DNA of 64,000 nt, taken from Vicugna vicugna. Taxonomy: Eukaryota. Positions within the stretch are counted from its first letter, which is position 1, and every line of letters begins with the position of its first letter. The notes under the pieces are model-generated. The model was not told where the DNA came from, did no database searches, and saw only the letters and a program-made list of their open reading frames with translations. The stretch spans positions 1,733,319 through 1,797,318 of the forward strand of contig MU061579.1 of NCBI GenBank assembly GCA_013265495.1, written 5' to 3'. This document shows, piece after piece, positions 13,831 to 27,775 of the stretch. Both the position numbers and the translations under genes were made by a program.

Positions 13831-13907
13831 ATTGACAACAGGCAGGCTGGTTTCATACAAATTGGCTTGGTATATTTGACTGAATGATATAAAATTTTAA
13901 AATCCTT

Positions 13908-14244
13908 ATAATCCAAAGTTTGTGTCCCCCTTCCCCCCAAAATTCATGCCTTGAATTTCTACTGCCAAGGTGATGGTATCAGGAGGTTGGGTCTTTGGTA
14001 GGGCATGAGGGTAAAGCCCTTACGAATGAAATTAATGTCATTATAAAAGAGACCCTGCAGAGCTCTCTAGCTCCTTCCGCATGTGAAGACCCAAGGAGAA
14101 GGAGAAGTCTACAACATGGAAGAGGGCCCTCACTTGACCCTGATCTTGAACTTCCAGCCTCCAGAATTGTGAGAAATAGACATTCCTACTGTTTATAAGC
14201 CACCCAGGCTGTGATACTTCATTATAGCAGTCCAAACAAAGACA
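13908..14244 (+). mobile_element. MaLR solo LTR (MLT1A/MLT1A0-like)
   Basis: GTTTGTGTCCCCC, AAATTCATG, TTATAAAAGAGACCC, CTTCCAGCCTCCAGAATTGTGAGAAATA, ending AAAGACA. Confidence 0.92.
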
Positions 14245-15309
14245 ATTTTTAACAGTTTTTGGTTCACAATGAATCTATTTCCATGGTCTGGTACCTGCCT
14301 TCTCTTACCTCACTACAACTTCACTACATATCTGTATCCAGGCATACTACAATTATTTCAGGTCTTTCATGGGGCCACATTCACTCTTGACCCCAGGCTC
14401 TCCCATAGGCAACTTTTTATACATAGCATGTTCTTCAGTTTCTTTGCTCCTCCAATCTTTTAGCTCTAAAGCATCATTATTTGTCAAGTTCTTAATACTG
14501 AACACACTTATAACCACTAGGACACTATATGTCTTCCCATTTATATTGCAGTGCTTACCTATTTTGCTTACCAATATATTTAGTGCCTTCTAACATAGTG
14601 GATGGTAGAGAGTAAGACCCCAATGATTATGTATTGATTGGAAGAGAATGAAAAGAATCCTTGAGATAACTATATCCAAAATGTAGAGAGTGATAGACAG
14701 CATAGGATGTATATTTTACATGATGGAAAATAAAGACTGTACCACCATGTGGTATCAGTCTCTAATCCCTTCTCACTAAAGACATAGTAATACTGTTTGA
14801 TAAGTGCAGTTAAGGGCTGATCTCTATAATTAGTTCCAGAGATTCTTTCTAACATTTCTATTTTCCTTTGTGCTATATTGACTGGTATGGTAGGGAACAA
14901 TTTCTTCCTAATTTGTAGCTCTTGTTATCAATTATATATAATTCTATATCTTTCCCTTGAGCCCTCAGAATAGTTGTATAATACTCAATTTCTTTTTAAA
15001 TGGTATAGAATATATTTATATATGTTCAGGGGGTAATTAATTTCCTTCTCAGGATGCTCTAAAATTTTAATGTTGTTTTTGGTGGTATTATTATAGATTT
15101 TTTTTTTTTGTGGTAGGGGAAGACCCTGTTCTTCACACTGCCTGACTTAAAAAATAATGGATTTGCCATTTTTCCAGATTCATTATAATTCTTATTTACT
15201 GCCACTAATTTATTAAATATTCATTTAATTCATAATGTATTGAATTGACTAACTTTTAAAACCGTTCATTTACTAATTATAAATTTACTAACAGTTTCAA
15301 ACCAACATA

Positions 15310-15510
15310 GCAATAACTATTATTTGTTTAGCCTTTTATGTGGAAGCAACATGCTAACTGCTTTACAGCATTATCTTGTTTGTCATCAAATCCAAGTGTC
15401 AGATACTATTAATTGTGATATATTACTGATGAGGAACTCCCAATGAAGTGATGCAGTGGAAACAAGACTAAAATCCGGATATGCTCATCCTTTTAATCAT
15501 TGTACTACAT
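15310..15510 (-). mobile_element. MIR SINE, degraded
   Basis: GCTAACTGCTTTACAGCATTATCT, TTACTGATGAGGAACT and CTTTTAATCATTG. Confidence 0.55.
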
Positions 15511-17588
15511 TGTCTCAAAATTAAAGGAAAAATTAATGAAAAAATGTTAATTGTTAAAATAAGATAGATTTGCAAATGTAGTCCTTTCTAAAGTATACAG
15601 AACACGTGCTCTGGGCAAGAAAAATCAGGGTCATGCAGCTAGAATAAGAGGGCCCCAATGACTAGAAACTCTAGATATGCATTGAAAGCAATTTATTCTC
15701 ATAAAATCTTCCTGTTCCTCATATACTGTCAACCTTACGGTGGTTTTTGAATATACATTTTAATAATTGCAAGTAACATATAATTCACTAGGCTTTGAAG
15801 CATACAAAGCATATAGTTGGTTTACATTTGCTAAGTATTTTTTTTACAGATTAATTTACCATAAGAGAAATAAATATATTAAGTTCTAAATAAAGTATGA
15901 CCCTATTTGGATATTCCTTAACTTTTCAATATAATGAATTTCAAAGATCTTTACTCCTCTCGAATTAACTTACTACATTAAAATCTACTGTTTGTGCTGA
16001 AATATTTAGCTTTTCAAATCTCCATCTGTATCTAAGATTCTTAACAATGATGCTTTTGGTAAGAGTAATTATGCATAGTCAAGACAGGAGACCCAAAATC
16101 ATAAACCAAAGCACATATCCATGCGATACGGATTTATTTGTTAATGTTCTAGACAGGTTGAGGGCAAGTAACACCAAATGGGCTTTGGCTTGGAAGGCAG
16201 ATTCTGAATTGAGATGAGTGAAACGATGGCTGGGTTTTAAAACGGAACTTATTAGCTAATGCATACTAACCCACCTAGAATGCTGCCCCATTTCTGATAA
16301 TGGCTCTGGAAAAATTGCTAGAAGTGTCTTTAATGTTTATGAAAAACATTTTCCTTGTTACTGTCATAAAAATCAATATCTTCATTGATAATATTTCTAA
16401 TGATGTCAAACAATAAATACAAAGATATTGAAAGATTAAAATGATAAACGTAAGACTTTAGAACTTCCTTTAAAATAACATTTGGTCTCAACTATCAACT
16501 TTTGTACTTCAGTAGCTTAAAATATATACTCAAACAGGAAAACCTACACTGGATTTGGTATAGAACATAAAGGATATAGGAAAACTCAACCGGGATATTT
16601 GACACAGCATTATGGAAATGCTAGAGTTCTTTACTTCATTGTTTCCTTTGATTTTTATTATTTTCCTTTTGTATTCATTTGCTTTTGATGTACTTGGTGT
16701 TTTTTTTTTTTACTGTTCTGACTAGCTTAAGTGACCTTGTCAACAGTTCAGTTGTTGAATAAGGCAAAGTGTTAGTTATAGTGTGAAAATCTGGTGTGCT
16801 GTCAGAGAAGGGCAAGCCATTAACTTTCAAATTTCAACTTCCCGTGTTCCATTGCTCAATGATGGCTGAAAAGCCTCTCATGTGAATTACTGTTAAGGGT
16901 AACATGGCATATGCATTTACGAAGCTTTGTAATTATGCATGATACAAACCTTCATCATGCAAAATCACGCCTTCTGTTTGTGGTGGTGTTTTTTTTCTTT
17001 TAAAAAATATCAAACGCCCTGTTAATTATAAAGTATATGTTATTTTCAGAGATATAATGCAGGACAGGAATGCATCCTATAAGAAATGACCAAAAAATCC
17101 CAAGTCAAAGAAGGCTATTTTCAAATTTTTGAAGTCGGGAACAATCAGAGTAAATTATGTTACTGATACAATCCATCTATGTCAAAACCTTTGTATAAAC
17201 AAAATACTGGCGTGTATGGAGGTTCACAACCTTGCTTCAGAGTAGAGTGGCTGAAAACAGCATTGCAGTAGTCATGCAAAATATTATGTAAAGACAGAGT
17301 GATTATGTGTTATTGTTCTGTCTGTCGAACCAAAGCATTCTCATTAGATTCCGTGGTTATAGGGAAAGTATTCTAAGCGCTCTTAGAAACTTTGCAACAT
17401 CTGTGGAATGTGTAATTTCTGTCATTTTAGGACACTTAGGTATCAAATGTTATGTAGTTTTCAGGATTATTTTGAGATCCTATTTACATAATATGAGAAG
17501 GTATGGAAATAAGATTTTTTCCCAAAGAGTTTCGAGTAGAGAAACATAACAATATATAAGTTTTGAATTTAGTATTAGTGGCCTAATG

Positions 17589-17801
17589 CTGTGTTTCTCA
17601 ACCTTGGGACTGTTGACATTTTGTGCAGCAAAATTCTTTTTTGTGGGGGCTGTTCTGTGCATTGTAATATTTAGTAGCATCCCAGAAATTCATTTACTAG
17701 GACCAGTAGTACTGTTCCCTTACAGTTGTGGCAATGATAAATGTCTCTAGACACTGCCAAATGTCCCACTGGGATCAAACGATGTCAGATGAGAACCACT
17801 G
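17589..17801 (-). mobile_element. MER20 (hAT-Charlie) non-autonomous DNA transposon, full length
   Basis: Termini CTGTGTTTCTCAACC and GAGAACCACTG; internal match to MER20; degenerate 8-bp target-site duplication GCCTAATG (17581-17588) / GACTAAAG (17802-17809). Confidence 0.9.
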
Positions 17802-19724
17802 GACTAAAGCAATGTGGGATAATTTTGTCTGTAAAGCTGAAAAAGATGTAAAGGAATCTCGATTCTCGTTAACATATGTTCAGATACGATCTCTTTGTTT
17901 TTCTCTCTCTTCTGTCTCTCTTTTTGTTGCTTCACCTGGAAGATAGTAACACTGAACTAGAGAATAGTACTGAACATCAACCTGTGTTCTTCATATGTTT
18001 AAGGTTCCCACAAATGTGATTCAAATTTTTAATATTCTTTAAGTAATACTAAAAGTGTAAAAGCAAAAAGTTTAGAAGTTTCTGCTCAACTCTGATATGT
18101 ACCAAATACTGACATTTTGTAAACACTCACTTATGCCATCATTTTTGTGCTGACTTGAGAAATTAGGCTTCTTCTCCTGATAACTCTGTGCATGTGATAC
18201 AACTTCTTATAAACATGTAACTGAAAAGAAAGGGTAACATTCTATATTTGGCTTTTTTATAAAGACAGGTGCATGTAGGCCCAATTATATACACTTGCAC
18301 TGATCAGCTCAGTACGAAGCACATGAGACCTGGCTAAACTCAATGGCAGTTAATTCTCAGGGATCTGTGCTCTTTGCCACCTAACTGTTAGCTGAAATTA
18401 AGAATTTTCTTCACTCTTTTTCTATTAATAATATTAAAATATAATTGGTGTGCTTATTTGTCAGCTTTGAGAATTTTCTGTTATGACTGACCAGGCATGA
18501 GAGAAGTTATTGAATCTTGAAATCGAATACAAAAATCTCCTACTTCCATTTCAAACTTCTCTATTTGTTTAAGTCTACAGTGCCTCGAGGGTGCCAAAGG
18601 TCCTATGAGAATGATTTCCATTTGCTTTCATTTATCTATGTGGATTCCTATTTTTCAATATTGTGTAACTGGAAAAATAAGAAATAAACTGGATACTGAA
18701 ACTGATAGAAAGCTACAATTGTCTGCCATAACAACCACGGTTAACATGTATTCACCAAAACGAGCTCACTGTTTTCAAGGATTGATTTCATATGCATATA
18801 GTTTAAACTTGAACTTGTAAAGTAAACTGATTCTAATGAAGCACCCACTTACCTGTTTTTTGATATTAGAGGACTACTTAAGTTTAATGTGAAAAGTTGT
18901 TCCACTTTTAAAAATATTTGAAATTCACATCTTTAGACTGAAAAAGTTCTAAGTTTCTATTATTTCTGTGCCAGGAGTTTATAAACTCTGAAAGGCATTT
19001 GAAGAACAAAAATGGTTTTCTAAGATCTTGGTTCTTATATAACTATTTTATTAAAATAACTATCAAGCCATTCATCTGAAATTTTGTGTTGTTGTTTTAA
19101 AAAAAAATGGTAAGGAGTACAGATATCGCATTTTTATTCAATCCAGGGTAATGGGTTTTGGGGCATGACTGATACCAGATGGACCAGTGACTTAGGTTAT
19201 CTTCTCCTTTGCCACAACCTGTAAATACTGACTGTGTGTTCAGAACTTAACTCCCAATTGTAAATAGATGCCAAAATAAACCATTGTCACATGTTATATT
19301 TATAAAAGCTGTAGCCTATAGCCAAGGATGGTGAGAATTATTTTTCTGCAGGTGTCTTAGCAAGTACAGATGGTGAAATCTACAACTTGCTCCTTACCAC
19401 TTTCTTTCAAGGGAAACACACCCTAGTGAAGTTTTCACTTTAAGACGTCCTTTAGGAATTGAGTAAGTTGAAACCGCCTGAGGGAATGGATTATTGAATG
19501 TTTTCTTCACAAGATATTAAAAACAAAAAGAGGGAGTCCTTTCAAGACGCTGCAGTAAACAGTTTTGGTCTCTTAATGGAACACCTATTTGCAGCTGTTA
19601 TCCCTTGCTTTCCTGCAAAAGACACAGGAAAATAAAGAATAGAAGCAGTACAAAAATAGACATATGTGTATGACACGAGGAAATCACTGTGAGCTGCCTG
19701 GAAAATAATGTAGGTCCCATTGTG

Positions 19725-19985
19725 TGCAATGGTTTAGTGTCTAGGCTTTAGAATTAGACAGATCTGATTTTGGATTCTAGATTTGTTTCTGCTAACCAAG
19801 AATAGTGTTATCTGCTTTCTCTGCTGAGTTGTTAATATATGATTAATAAATTTTTTGAATTTCCTCATTTACCCATACACTCACCAATACCATCGGTGTT
19901 ATTACTGCCATTTTACAGATGGTGAATCTGAACGAGCCTCAGAGAGGCTGCCTAACATCACAAAACTAGTTAATGGAAAATCTCG
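19725..19985. mobile_element. MIR fragments
   Basis: + strand GGCTTTAGAATTAGACAGATCTG; - strand CCATTTTACAGATGGTGAATCTGA and GCCTAACATCACAAAACTAGT. Confidence 0.65.
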
Positions 19986-21518
19986 GTTAAAGGTTAGCTT
20001 TGTTACTTTCCCTTTCCCAAGACTTAAGCAAAGAAAGAGCAAAGCAATTGGAAGAACAAAGCACAAGAAGTTTTATGGTGCAAGCTCCCATTCTGGGGGC
20101 ACATCCAGCTGTCCGGTACCCTCCCTCCCCACTTCACCTCAACATTTTATTTTAAGGCTTGATCTTTTACCTGTTTAATGTACCTCTACTCAAATAATCC
20201 CTTTCTAGCATTGCTTTCACTAATTAATTTATTTTAAAAGGCACCACCACCATCGAAGCTTTCCAAATGCTCTATTCCCAAAACCTTAATCAGTTTTAGT
20301 GTTTTTTCCCACAGGAATTTTCACTCCACAGGGAAAAAAATATTTTGTGCCATTTTACTAACACCTAGAACAGTTCCTTCACCGTTGTTGGTGTGCAATC
20401 AATATTTGCAGAATCAACTCTGAGTTCTAAGAATAGTGTGTTCTCGCTATCTCAGAGATCATGCTCATATAAACCATTCAGAATCAACACAGCTAATCGG
20501 AGTGCTTTCATTCTACTTAAAAAGAGAATGGGAAGAGTCACGTGGAAGCTGTTTAGTGGGTACAGTATCCCTGGAAAGAAAGAGGTAAGCTGGGGACTGC
20601 TTTACTCCCTTAAAGCCAACAGAGTAAAACCTTTAAGAGAATCACTTGTAAAGATTAGTTGTACTTGTAAGAATTAAGGACCAAAGACTGGTATTTGGCT
20701 CCTATGTTGTTTATCTATTTAGCCAACAGCCCTTCTGATGTGTCCCTGTAAAATCTATGGAACCCGAGACAAGTGGGGAGACATGCTGGGGCTGACAGGG
20801 TGGCAGAGCTGAGCCGCCGTGAGGAAGATGATTGGCCACCAACACTGGCTGGGAAATTGTAGGCAGGCGTGGGAATTCAGTGTAGTAGTGCTGAGTTCCA
20901 AAATGCAGGGAAACTTACAATGGGAGGGGGCCTACAGAGCCTCTCTGAACCACCCATGCACGTACCATCAAAGAGCTGGCATTTGGGCATTTCTGCCAGG
21001 AAGGAAACTGAGTACCAGGGATGATCAAGCAGGAGAGAGCTGTCACTTGAACTTGTTTAGTAAAGAAACGTTTGCATTTTACATTGTTCCTTCTCCACGT
21101 CACAATCAATGGAGGAGCCAGAGATTAGAAGAGGGAGTAAAGTCTGTTTTACAGCCCAAGGATCCCTTCTTTCCTCCATTCCAAACAGCAAGGACTTCCA
21201 CTTTAGGCTTTAGTTGGGGGAGAGAAGGAAATAAAACTTTAGAGATTGAGACTGAAATTAAAAACAAAACACATTTAAATAAGAGGGGTGGGTCTTAATC
21301 ATCATACTGAGATTTGCGAATTCAATTCAGATGTCATTATAAAGCCACCAAGTGTTGCTTTACTAAGGATAGTCGTGATAATGATGGCTATTAGAAGAAA
21401 TAGACCCTCAATATTTAAAAACTACTGAGTTTAATATTATAGCTACAATGAGATCAACATATTAGTTAGACACCATCTCTCTCAGTAATAAAACAGTTCC
21501 TTGCATCTTTGGCAGATA

Positions 21519-21552
21519 TTTTGTTTTGTTTTGTTTTGTTTTGTTTTGTTTG
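21519..21552. repeat. (TTTTG)n microsatellite
   Basis: About six perfect TTTTG units. Confidence 0.95.
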
Positions 21553-21691
21553 TCCATCAAAGGAGATCTAAAATCACAGCCTGAAACATTGGTTAGAGGT
21601 CCGGTCTATTTTATCTCCTTAAAAAGAGAGTAGCATGATCAACACTAGAAATAACTAAGAATTTGTTTTCAATAAACCAGGCTATCACTGT

Positions 21692-21727
21692 AAAAAAAAA
21701 AAAAGAGAGAGCGAGAGAGAGAGAGAG
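21692..21727. repeat. poly(A) plus (GA)n microsatellite
   Basis: A-run followed by GAGAGAGCGAGAGAGAGAGAGAG. Confidence 0.9.
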
Positions 21728-24280
21728 GCCATTTTAATGTTGACGGATAAAAGAAGTTATTTCTTTGTTAGTATGCCTTAGAGGATATAACAAATCGAAA
21801 AAAAATCAAATAAAAAATTCAAATACAAGTTGATTCTTCTATGAGCCATGTTGCATTTTAAGATCTGTTATAACTATATTGATGATTTGTATAGATGCAG
21901 AAAGACAATTTTGTGGGGTATCTCAGTAAATTTTTCTTGAATGAAAGACAGTTCTCCATACCTTTGCATTCTTAATAAAGCAAGAACTGCTTTAATTGAA
22001 GAAAAAGAAAAACAAAAAAAGCATTGATTTTAGGCTTTATGTTGTCCTATGATTAACATTACTGCCTGCGGTCTCTTTGTCTGCCACTGAGGTTGCTTAA
22101 GCCATCAGAATTAGCCCAGAACACCTGGACAGCATGAGGAATGGCCATCCCATCACATTTAAAATGTTTTTTAAAATACAGCAATCATTTAAATGGACAC
22201 TTTACCCAAAGAATAATTTTAATGCATTAAAAAATAAAATGGGTAGGGAGGAGGAAGTTCTGAGTAGTGGTAAGTGGAATGAACTTTTTCTCTTGCATTT
22301 ATGTGTAACTATCTGACATTTCAGTTTTGAAGTTTCAAAGTGCATGCCTTCTTTCTAACCAAATACTGTTTCTGTTTGAAACAGTAGTGATAATTTCAAA
22401 GTTATAAAGTTATTCTTTCATGATGGACATCTTATAATCAATGTGTAGTTAATAATAATATTTTATACTTGGCAATATTTATCATAAATCATCAAAGTGG
22501 TTTAAAGACTTACTTATAACATTGAGGGGCAATGGTTGGCATTATAATTCTTTTTTCTTTAACCTGTGGGGAAAAAATTGAAGTTGAAAGATGTTAAATC
22601 TTTTTTAGCTTCACAGAAGAAAGGTGGCACGTAAATACAAATTATCAGTGAGTGATTTATTTTTAATTCACAAAATGAATCAGTAGGGAACAGCTGTTAA
22701 TAGAAATAAAATATTTGACTCAACTCTCCTTACTTTTACAAAATGAGTTGTTCATAGTTATTTCTTTAGTGGCAGGGGTGGTGACAGTGGGAGGGTTGTT
22801 CCAATTTGGCAAAGTCAACACTCATAAAAGAAAACATCAACTTCTTTCTCTTCATTTCAATGAGACATCAGTTTCTCAAAGAAACTCAGAGTATTTAGAA
22901 AATTTAAATTAGGTTAAATGTTACAGATTTAGTTTCTTTATTCATAATACTGATTTTATAATAGTAAATTTGCATGTTTTAATAAACACATTGCTAAGTT
23001 CTAAATTTAATTAGTATTGAGTATAATTAGAATGGGCCTTTTAAAATATATTTATACGTCATTTTATCCCAACTATCTCCCATCTTGCTAGAAATCATAC
23101 ATTTTGAACCCTTCATTAAGCTTTTGAAGTTTTATTTATTTTTCTAGATTTTTACATTTCAGTAGAATTATACCAAGAATATATTTGATAATAAAAGCTA
23201 GAGTTAATTCTCAAATTAGGTGAATTATTGTCATCTAAAGTTGACAAAGGGAAAGAGACTTGTGGGGACATCAGTGAAACTTGAAATGGTGGAAGGGTTC
23301 TGAAAGGGAAAAAAGTACATTTCTATGACAAATTTGCCTAAACTCAATTGTAGACTCTAAAGGACATCAGACAATCTTTCTTATTCCCTACTCTGTTTGT
23401 AGCAATTAGTAAAATATCTGTCACCAAATAAATATTTGTTGTGTAAACTACAAGTGAATTCATACATACACTTTGCAATCAGGTCAGTCTCAGTATATGA
23501 TTTCTTCCTCTAAGTTGTTTATTAAGTCCACAGGGGAATTAAATTTAGTTTAGCATCTAGCTTTATAACTATGTTGAAGTAATCTAATAATGCTAGAACT
23601 CAGTTTCTTTATGTCTAACTCTTAATATTCAGAATCTTTGATTCACAAAGAAGATATTAGCACTCCTGTTTGTAAAGCACACATAGTTCAAATACACATG
23701 AAACTTATATACACTGTAATGTATTCATAGCAGGTTTACTCTTTGGTTAATCTATTTAGAACTCTAGAATATAGGAGAATAGACAATGCTATTTCCATTT
23801 TTAAAAAAATTAGATACAGTGAAATTGAAAAACATGTTGATTCAGAAAACTTTTTATTTCTTATTTTTAGTTTACATTTTGAGATTGAAATTTGTAGTAA
23901 TACATTTCACAAATTTCCATTTAGTGACAAGGAATTTAAAATTAGTGCAAGGAGCAGATAAAGTTACCAAATCTAGAAAACATTATAGGGAATGGATATC
24001 CCAAACAGAAAACAGTTCAAGGAATAGAGGCAATTAACATTGACTGCATGAGTATAGTATTTAAGAAGGCTTCACTAACAGGAATAATTAGGTATGTGAT
24101 GGATCCAACATACTTCCATGAATCAAAATGAGCATCAGAGATTCTACTGTTACAAATAGAATAAATTCCAAAAATAATATTCAATCTTATTTATCCAGAG
24201 TTTCTAAAAATTAGTTATTCCATACAATGAATATTCAGTATAACTGAAGAAATTCATTTAAAGGACTAAGGAAACTGTTT

Positions 24281-24795
24281 TGTAGTAGGTAGAATAATGT
24301 TCCCACCCAACCTCATTGACTCCAAAGTAGAGATCCTAATCCATGGACCTGCGAATCTGTTACGGTACATAATGGAAGGGACCTTCAAGATGCTACTAAA
24401 CTTAAGGACATTGAGAAGAGAAAAATTATAATGGATTATCTGGGAGGGACCAACCTACTCACATGAGTTCTTAAGAGAGAACTCATTTCTGGATGTAGTC
24501 AAAGGAAAAGATGTGACTATAGAAAAAAGGTTAGGGGCTTACAGTGTTGCTGGTTTGAAGATGCACGATGAGCTCCATGAGTCAAGGAATGCAGGCTGGC
24601 TCTAGAAAAAGGAAAAGACAAGAAAACAAACTGTCCCCTAGGGCCCACAGAAAGGAACACAGAACATCTTGATTTTAGCCTGGAAAGATCTGTATCAGAT
24701 CTCTGACCTACCAAATGGTAAAGTAATAAATTTGTGTTTTTCTAAGCCACTAAGTTTGTGGTACGTTGTTACAGCTGCAACAGAAATCTAACACA
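24281..24795 (+). mobile_element. MaLR solo LTR (MLT1D-like), full length
   Basis: Starts TGTAGTAGGTAGAATAATG; AATAAATTTGTGTTTTTCTAAGCCACTAAGTTTGTGG; ends AATCTAACACA. Confidence 0.92.
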
Positions 24796-25503
24796 AATTC
24801 CAAAATGGACTGCATAAGTTCTTGCTAGTTATTGATCATTGTTTAATCATTTTGTCAAAGATTCAAGGTCTAATCCATGCTTAGTAATTAAAGCACTAAA
24901 TAAAAATGTAAGAACAGTTTTTTTTTCCTTATAGTTGGTGATACTAGATGGTATCCCTCATGAAATTAAAAAGAAAGGGGAAAACTTTGATAGTATTTCC
25001 TGCTATTTGTTAAACTAAGTACTTGTCAAATGCTACATCATTAAGTGCCATAATGGTATTATGGTTTTCCATTAAACAAATGAGAAAAATAAGTCTTGAA
25101 ACATTAAGGCCAATTCCCAATCTCCAGAAGATTATTTGTGATACAATTTATATTCTAAGGCAGGTTTCAAACTTACCACCTCATGGCTCTGTAATAATTG
25201 CCATTCTGAATGTATTTCTTGAATTCCTTCCTCCTCACTCAATTTGCTGCTTCTAATCATCTATGGAACAGGGGAATCAGAAGAACTAATTTTCTTAGAG
25301 TTGGATATGAAAATAGAAGAGTGATAATGAGGAATGAAGGTCAATCTGAGAATGAAATTCATGAGCTTCAGTGGATGAACTTTTTATATCCATATGCATG
25401 ATATGAGGACTATGCCAGTTTTTAGACTTACGTGCACTATTGCACTATTACTAGTGCACCTGTAATGGCAGAGACAAGTCTGCTGAATAGGCTAAAGGTA
25501 TGG

Positions 25504-25866
25504 TGTAATGGGCTTCATGATTTGTCCCCTCTAGATGCATATGTTGAAATCCTAACTTTCAATATGATGGTATTAGGAGGTGGGGCCTTTGGGAGATATT
25601 TAGAATGGAGCCCTCATGAATGGGATTAGTGCCCTTGTAAGAAGAAACGTAAGACCTTGCTCTCTTTCTCTCTGATCTCTGCTATGTGAAGACACAACAA
25701 GAAGACTCATCTGCAAATCAGGAAGAGTGCCCTCACCAGACATAACATGTGTCAGCTCCTTAATCTTGGACTTCCCAGCCATCAGAATTGTAAGAAATGA
25801 ATATTTGTTGTTTAAGCCACCCAGTCTTTGGTATTTTTGTTACAGAAGCCCAAACTGACTAAGATA
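25504..25866 (+). mobile_element. MaLR solo LTR (MLT1A-like)
   Basis: ATATGTTGAAATCCTAAC, GGTATTAGGAGGTGGGGCCTTTGGGAG, TTTAAGCCACCCAGTCT, ending ACTGACTAAGATA. Confidence 0.92.
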
Positions 25867-25933
25867 GTCATCAAGCTCAAGATAGAGTGTGTATTAATAA
25901 AGCCGTGCACATTGCCTGGTTGTAGCCAAAGGT

Positions 25934-26416
25934 TGTTTAGTTTCTTAAGGTTGTCATAACAAGGTACCATAAGCTGGGAAACTTAAAACAACAGAAATTT
26001 ATTGTATCACATTTCTGCAGGCTAGAAGTCCAATATCAAGGTTAGCCAGTACCTTGGCTAACCACACTTCTGAAACCTGTAGGGAAGAATCCTTCCTTGC
26101 CTCTTCCACCTTCTTGTGGCCCCCGTTTTTCTACTTCTTGTGGCAGTGTAACTCCAATCTCTGCCTCCATCTTCACATGGCCATCTTCCCTGTGTGTGCG
26201 TGTTTCCACACAGCATTCTCCTCTCTGTGTATATTTGTGCCCAGTTATGCCTCTTCTTATGAGGACACTTGCCATAGTGGATTAGGGCCCACTCTGATGG
26301 TCATATCTTAACTTGATTACATCTGCAAAAAGCTTAGTTTTGAATAAGATCACATGCACAAGTATGAAAGTTAGGACTTCAACATACCATCTTGGGGGAC
26401 ACAATTCAATCCACAG
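25934..26416 (-). mobile_element. MaLR solo LTR (MLT1B/C-like)
   Basis: TTAAAACAACAGAAATTTATT, GGCTAGAAGTCCAA, GGATTAGGGCCCAC, GGGGGACACAATTCAA. Confidence 0.92.
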
Positions 26417-27579
26417 AAAGAGTGATGGACAAGTTCCAGGGAAAACTGAGAAGAAATATTCTTAATGTACAACAGATTCCAAATGACCAATTCCTGAGCA
26501 AGAGTTTTGGAAAAGGAATTCCAAAAGAAACCCTTTGGATGGTGTTTGGATATGGTGCTCACCATGGCTCCTAGATTCCTGATGGTAGATGTCTGAATGA
26601 AAACTTTGGCAGCTCATTTGTATTTTGTATTTTGATGCTGTCCTAGTTTTTGATAGTTGGTTTCATGATCTCTAGATAAGTGAGAATGACATGTATTTCA
26701 CTATAACAATAAGAGAAGGATGAGTACACATTGAACTCAGCTCTAAAAAAGAACTTCACAGTTTTCTTAAGGGCTGAGGTTACAATTAGAAAAAGAAGGA
26801 TGGTCACAGGTGAAAAACAGGGAGAGTGTATGTATCTTAAGCAAAAAATAAACTCTAAGCAGAGTGAAAGGACCAGAGGCAGACATAAAAAATGAAGCTT
26901 AGGCAAAAACTGTAAGTAAAATCCTACTTTTTAACTTCAACAATGAATTCATAGATTTTTCACAGAGCACAAATTGTATCTAAGATAATCAGGTATTTAA
27001 CTACATGATTATGAAAACATCACTCTGAATTCTTAGGCCATTATCTCAGCATGAAATATAATCCCAGAAAGCTATCAAGAATTTATGTACATTTGTCATC
27101 TTCAAATCAATAATGATTTCCTAGTGGGTTTTATTTTTTATCAATAAAAGGTATGTGAAAAAAATCATGGGAGTAAATAAATTCAGAAAAAGAGAAATAA
27201 GTGAGTAAGATTTTATGTGTAAACCTTGATCAATATTTAGAATACAAAGGAAGTGATACACAAAAGAATTATTTTGTGATTTTATTTGTAATCCTTAAAC
27301 AAACAAGTCTAACAAGTGTATTTTTTCTGTAGAGAAACCTCTCAGAAAATAATCAGAATGTTGGCCTCTGGAAAATTCTAAATATTTTTTTCACCTATGA
27401 AATTTGCTTCTACAATTAAACATGAGAATTTAGGAGTTACTTATTTCTACATGCTACTAACTATGCACTTGCAAATTCATTGTTCCCAAATTGCACTATC
27501 CTTATCAGAAATTTGGAAATTTACAAATTTCCTTTCATATACAGCTTCATAAGATTCAGTAAATCTTGTATTTTCTGTT

Positions 27580-27775
27580 TAGCATAGTAGTTAAAAGCTT
27601 AGTAACCAAAGTCAGACTGCAGAGTTTCCATTTGACTTCAGAACCTGTGTTTTCCTGCTATGGAAGAGGATAACAACGTTGCTGAACTCACAGGACCCTG
27701 GTAAGGACTCAATGAGGTAACACATACGAGGCATGTGTACCAGTGCTTATCATATAATCAGCAGAAAATAAATGT
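27580..27775 (+). mobile_element. MIR SINE
   Basis: AGCATAGTAGTTAAAAGC and CTCACAGGACCCTGGTAAGGACTCAATGAGGTAACAC. Confidence 0.65.

Noticed and set aside
20819..21298. Longest ORF in the window (159 aa)
   Set aside because: GTG start, no recognisable domain, and a length compatible with chance in a GC-richer patch.
24281..25866. Two-LTR MaLR provirus
   Set aside because: The LTRs belong to different subfamilies with different lengths, and the spacer does not look like MaLR internal sequence.
26309..26319. DUX-type site in a MaLR LTR (TAACTTGATTA)
   Set aside because: Two mismatches to TAAYYYAATCA; expected decayed MaLR sequence.
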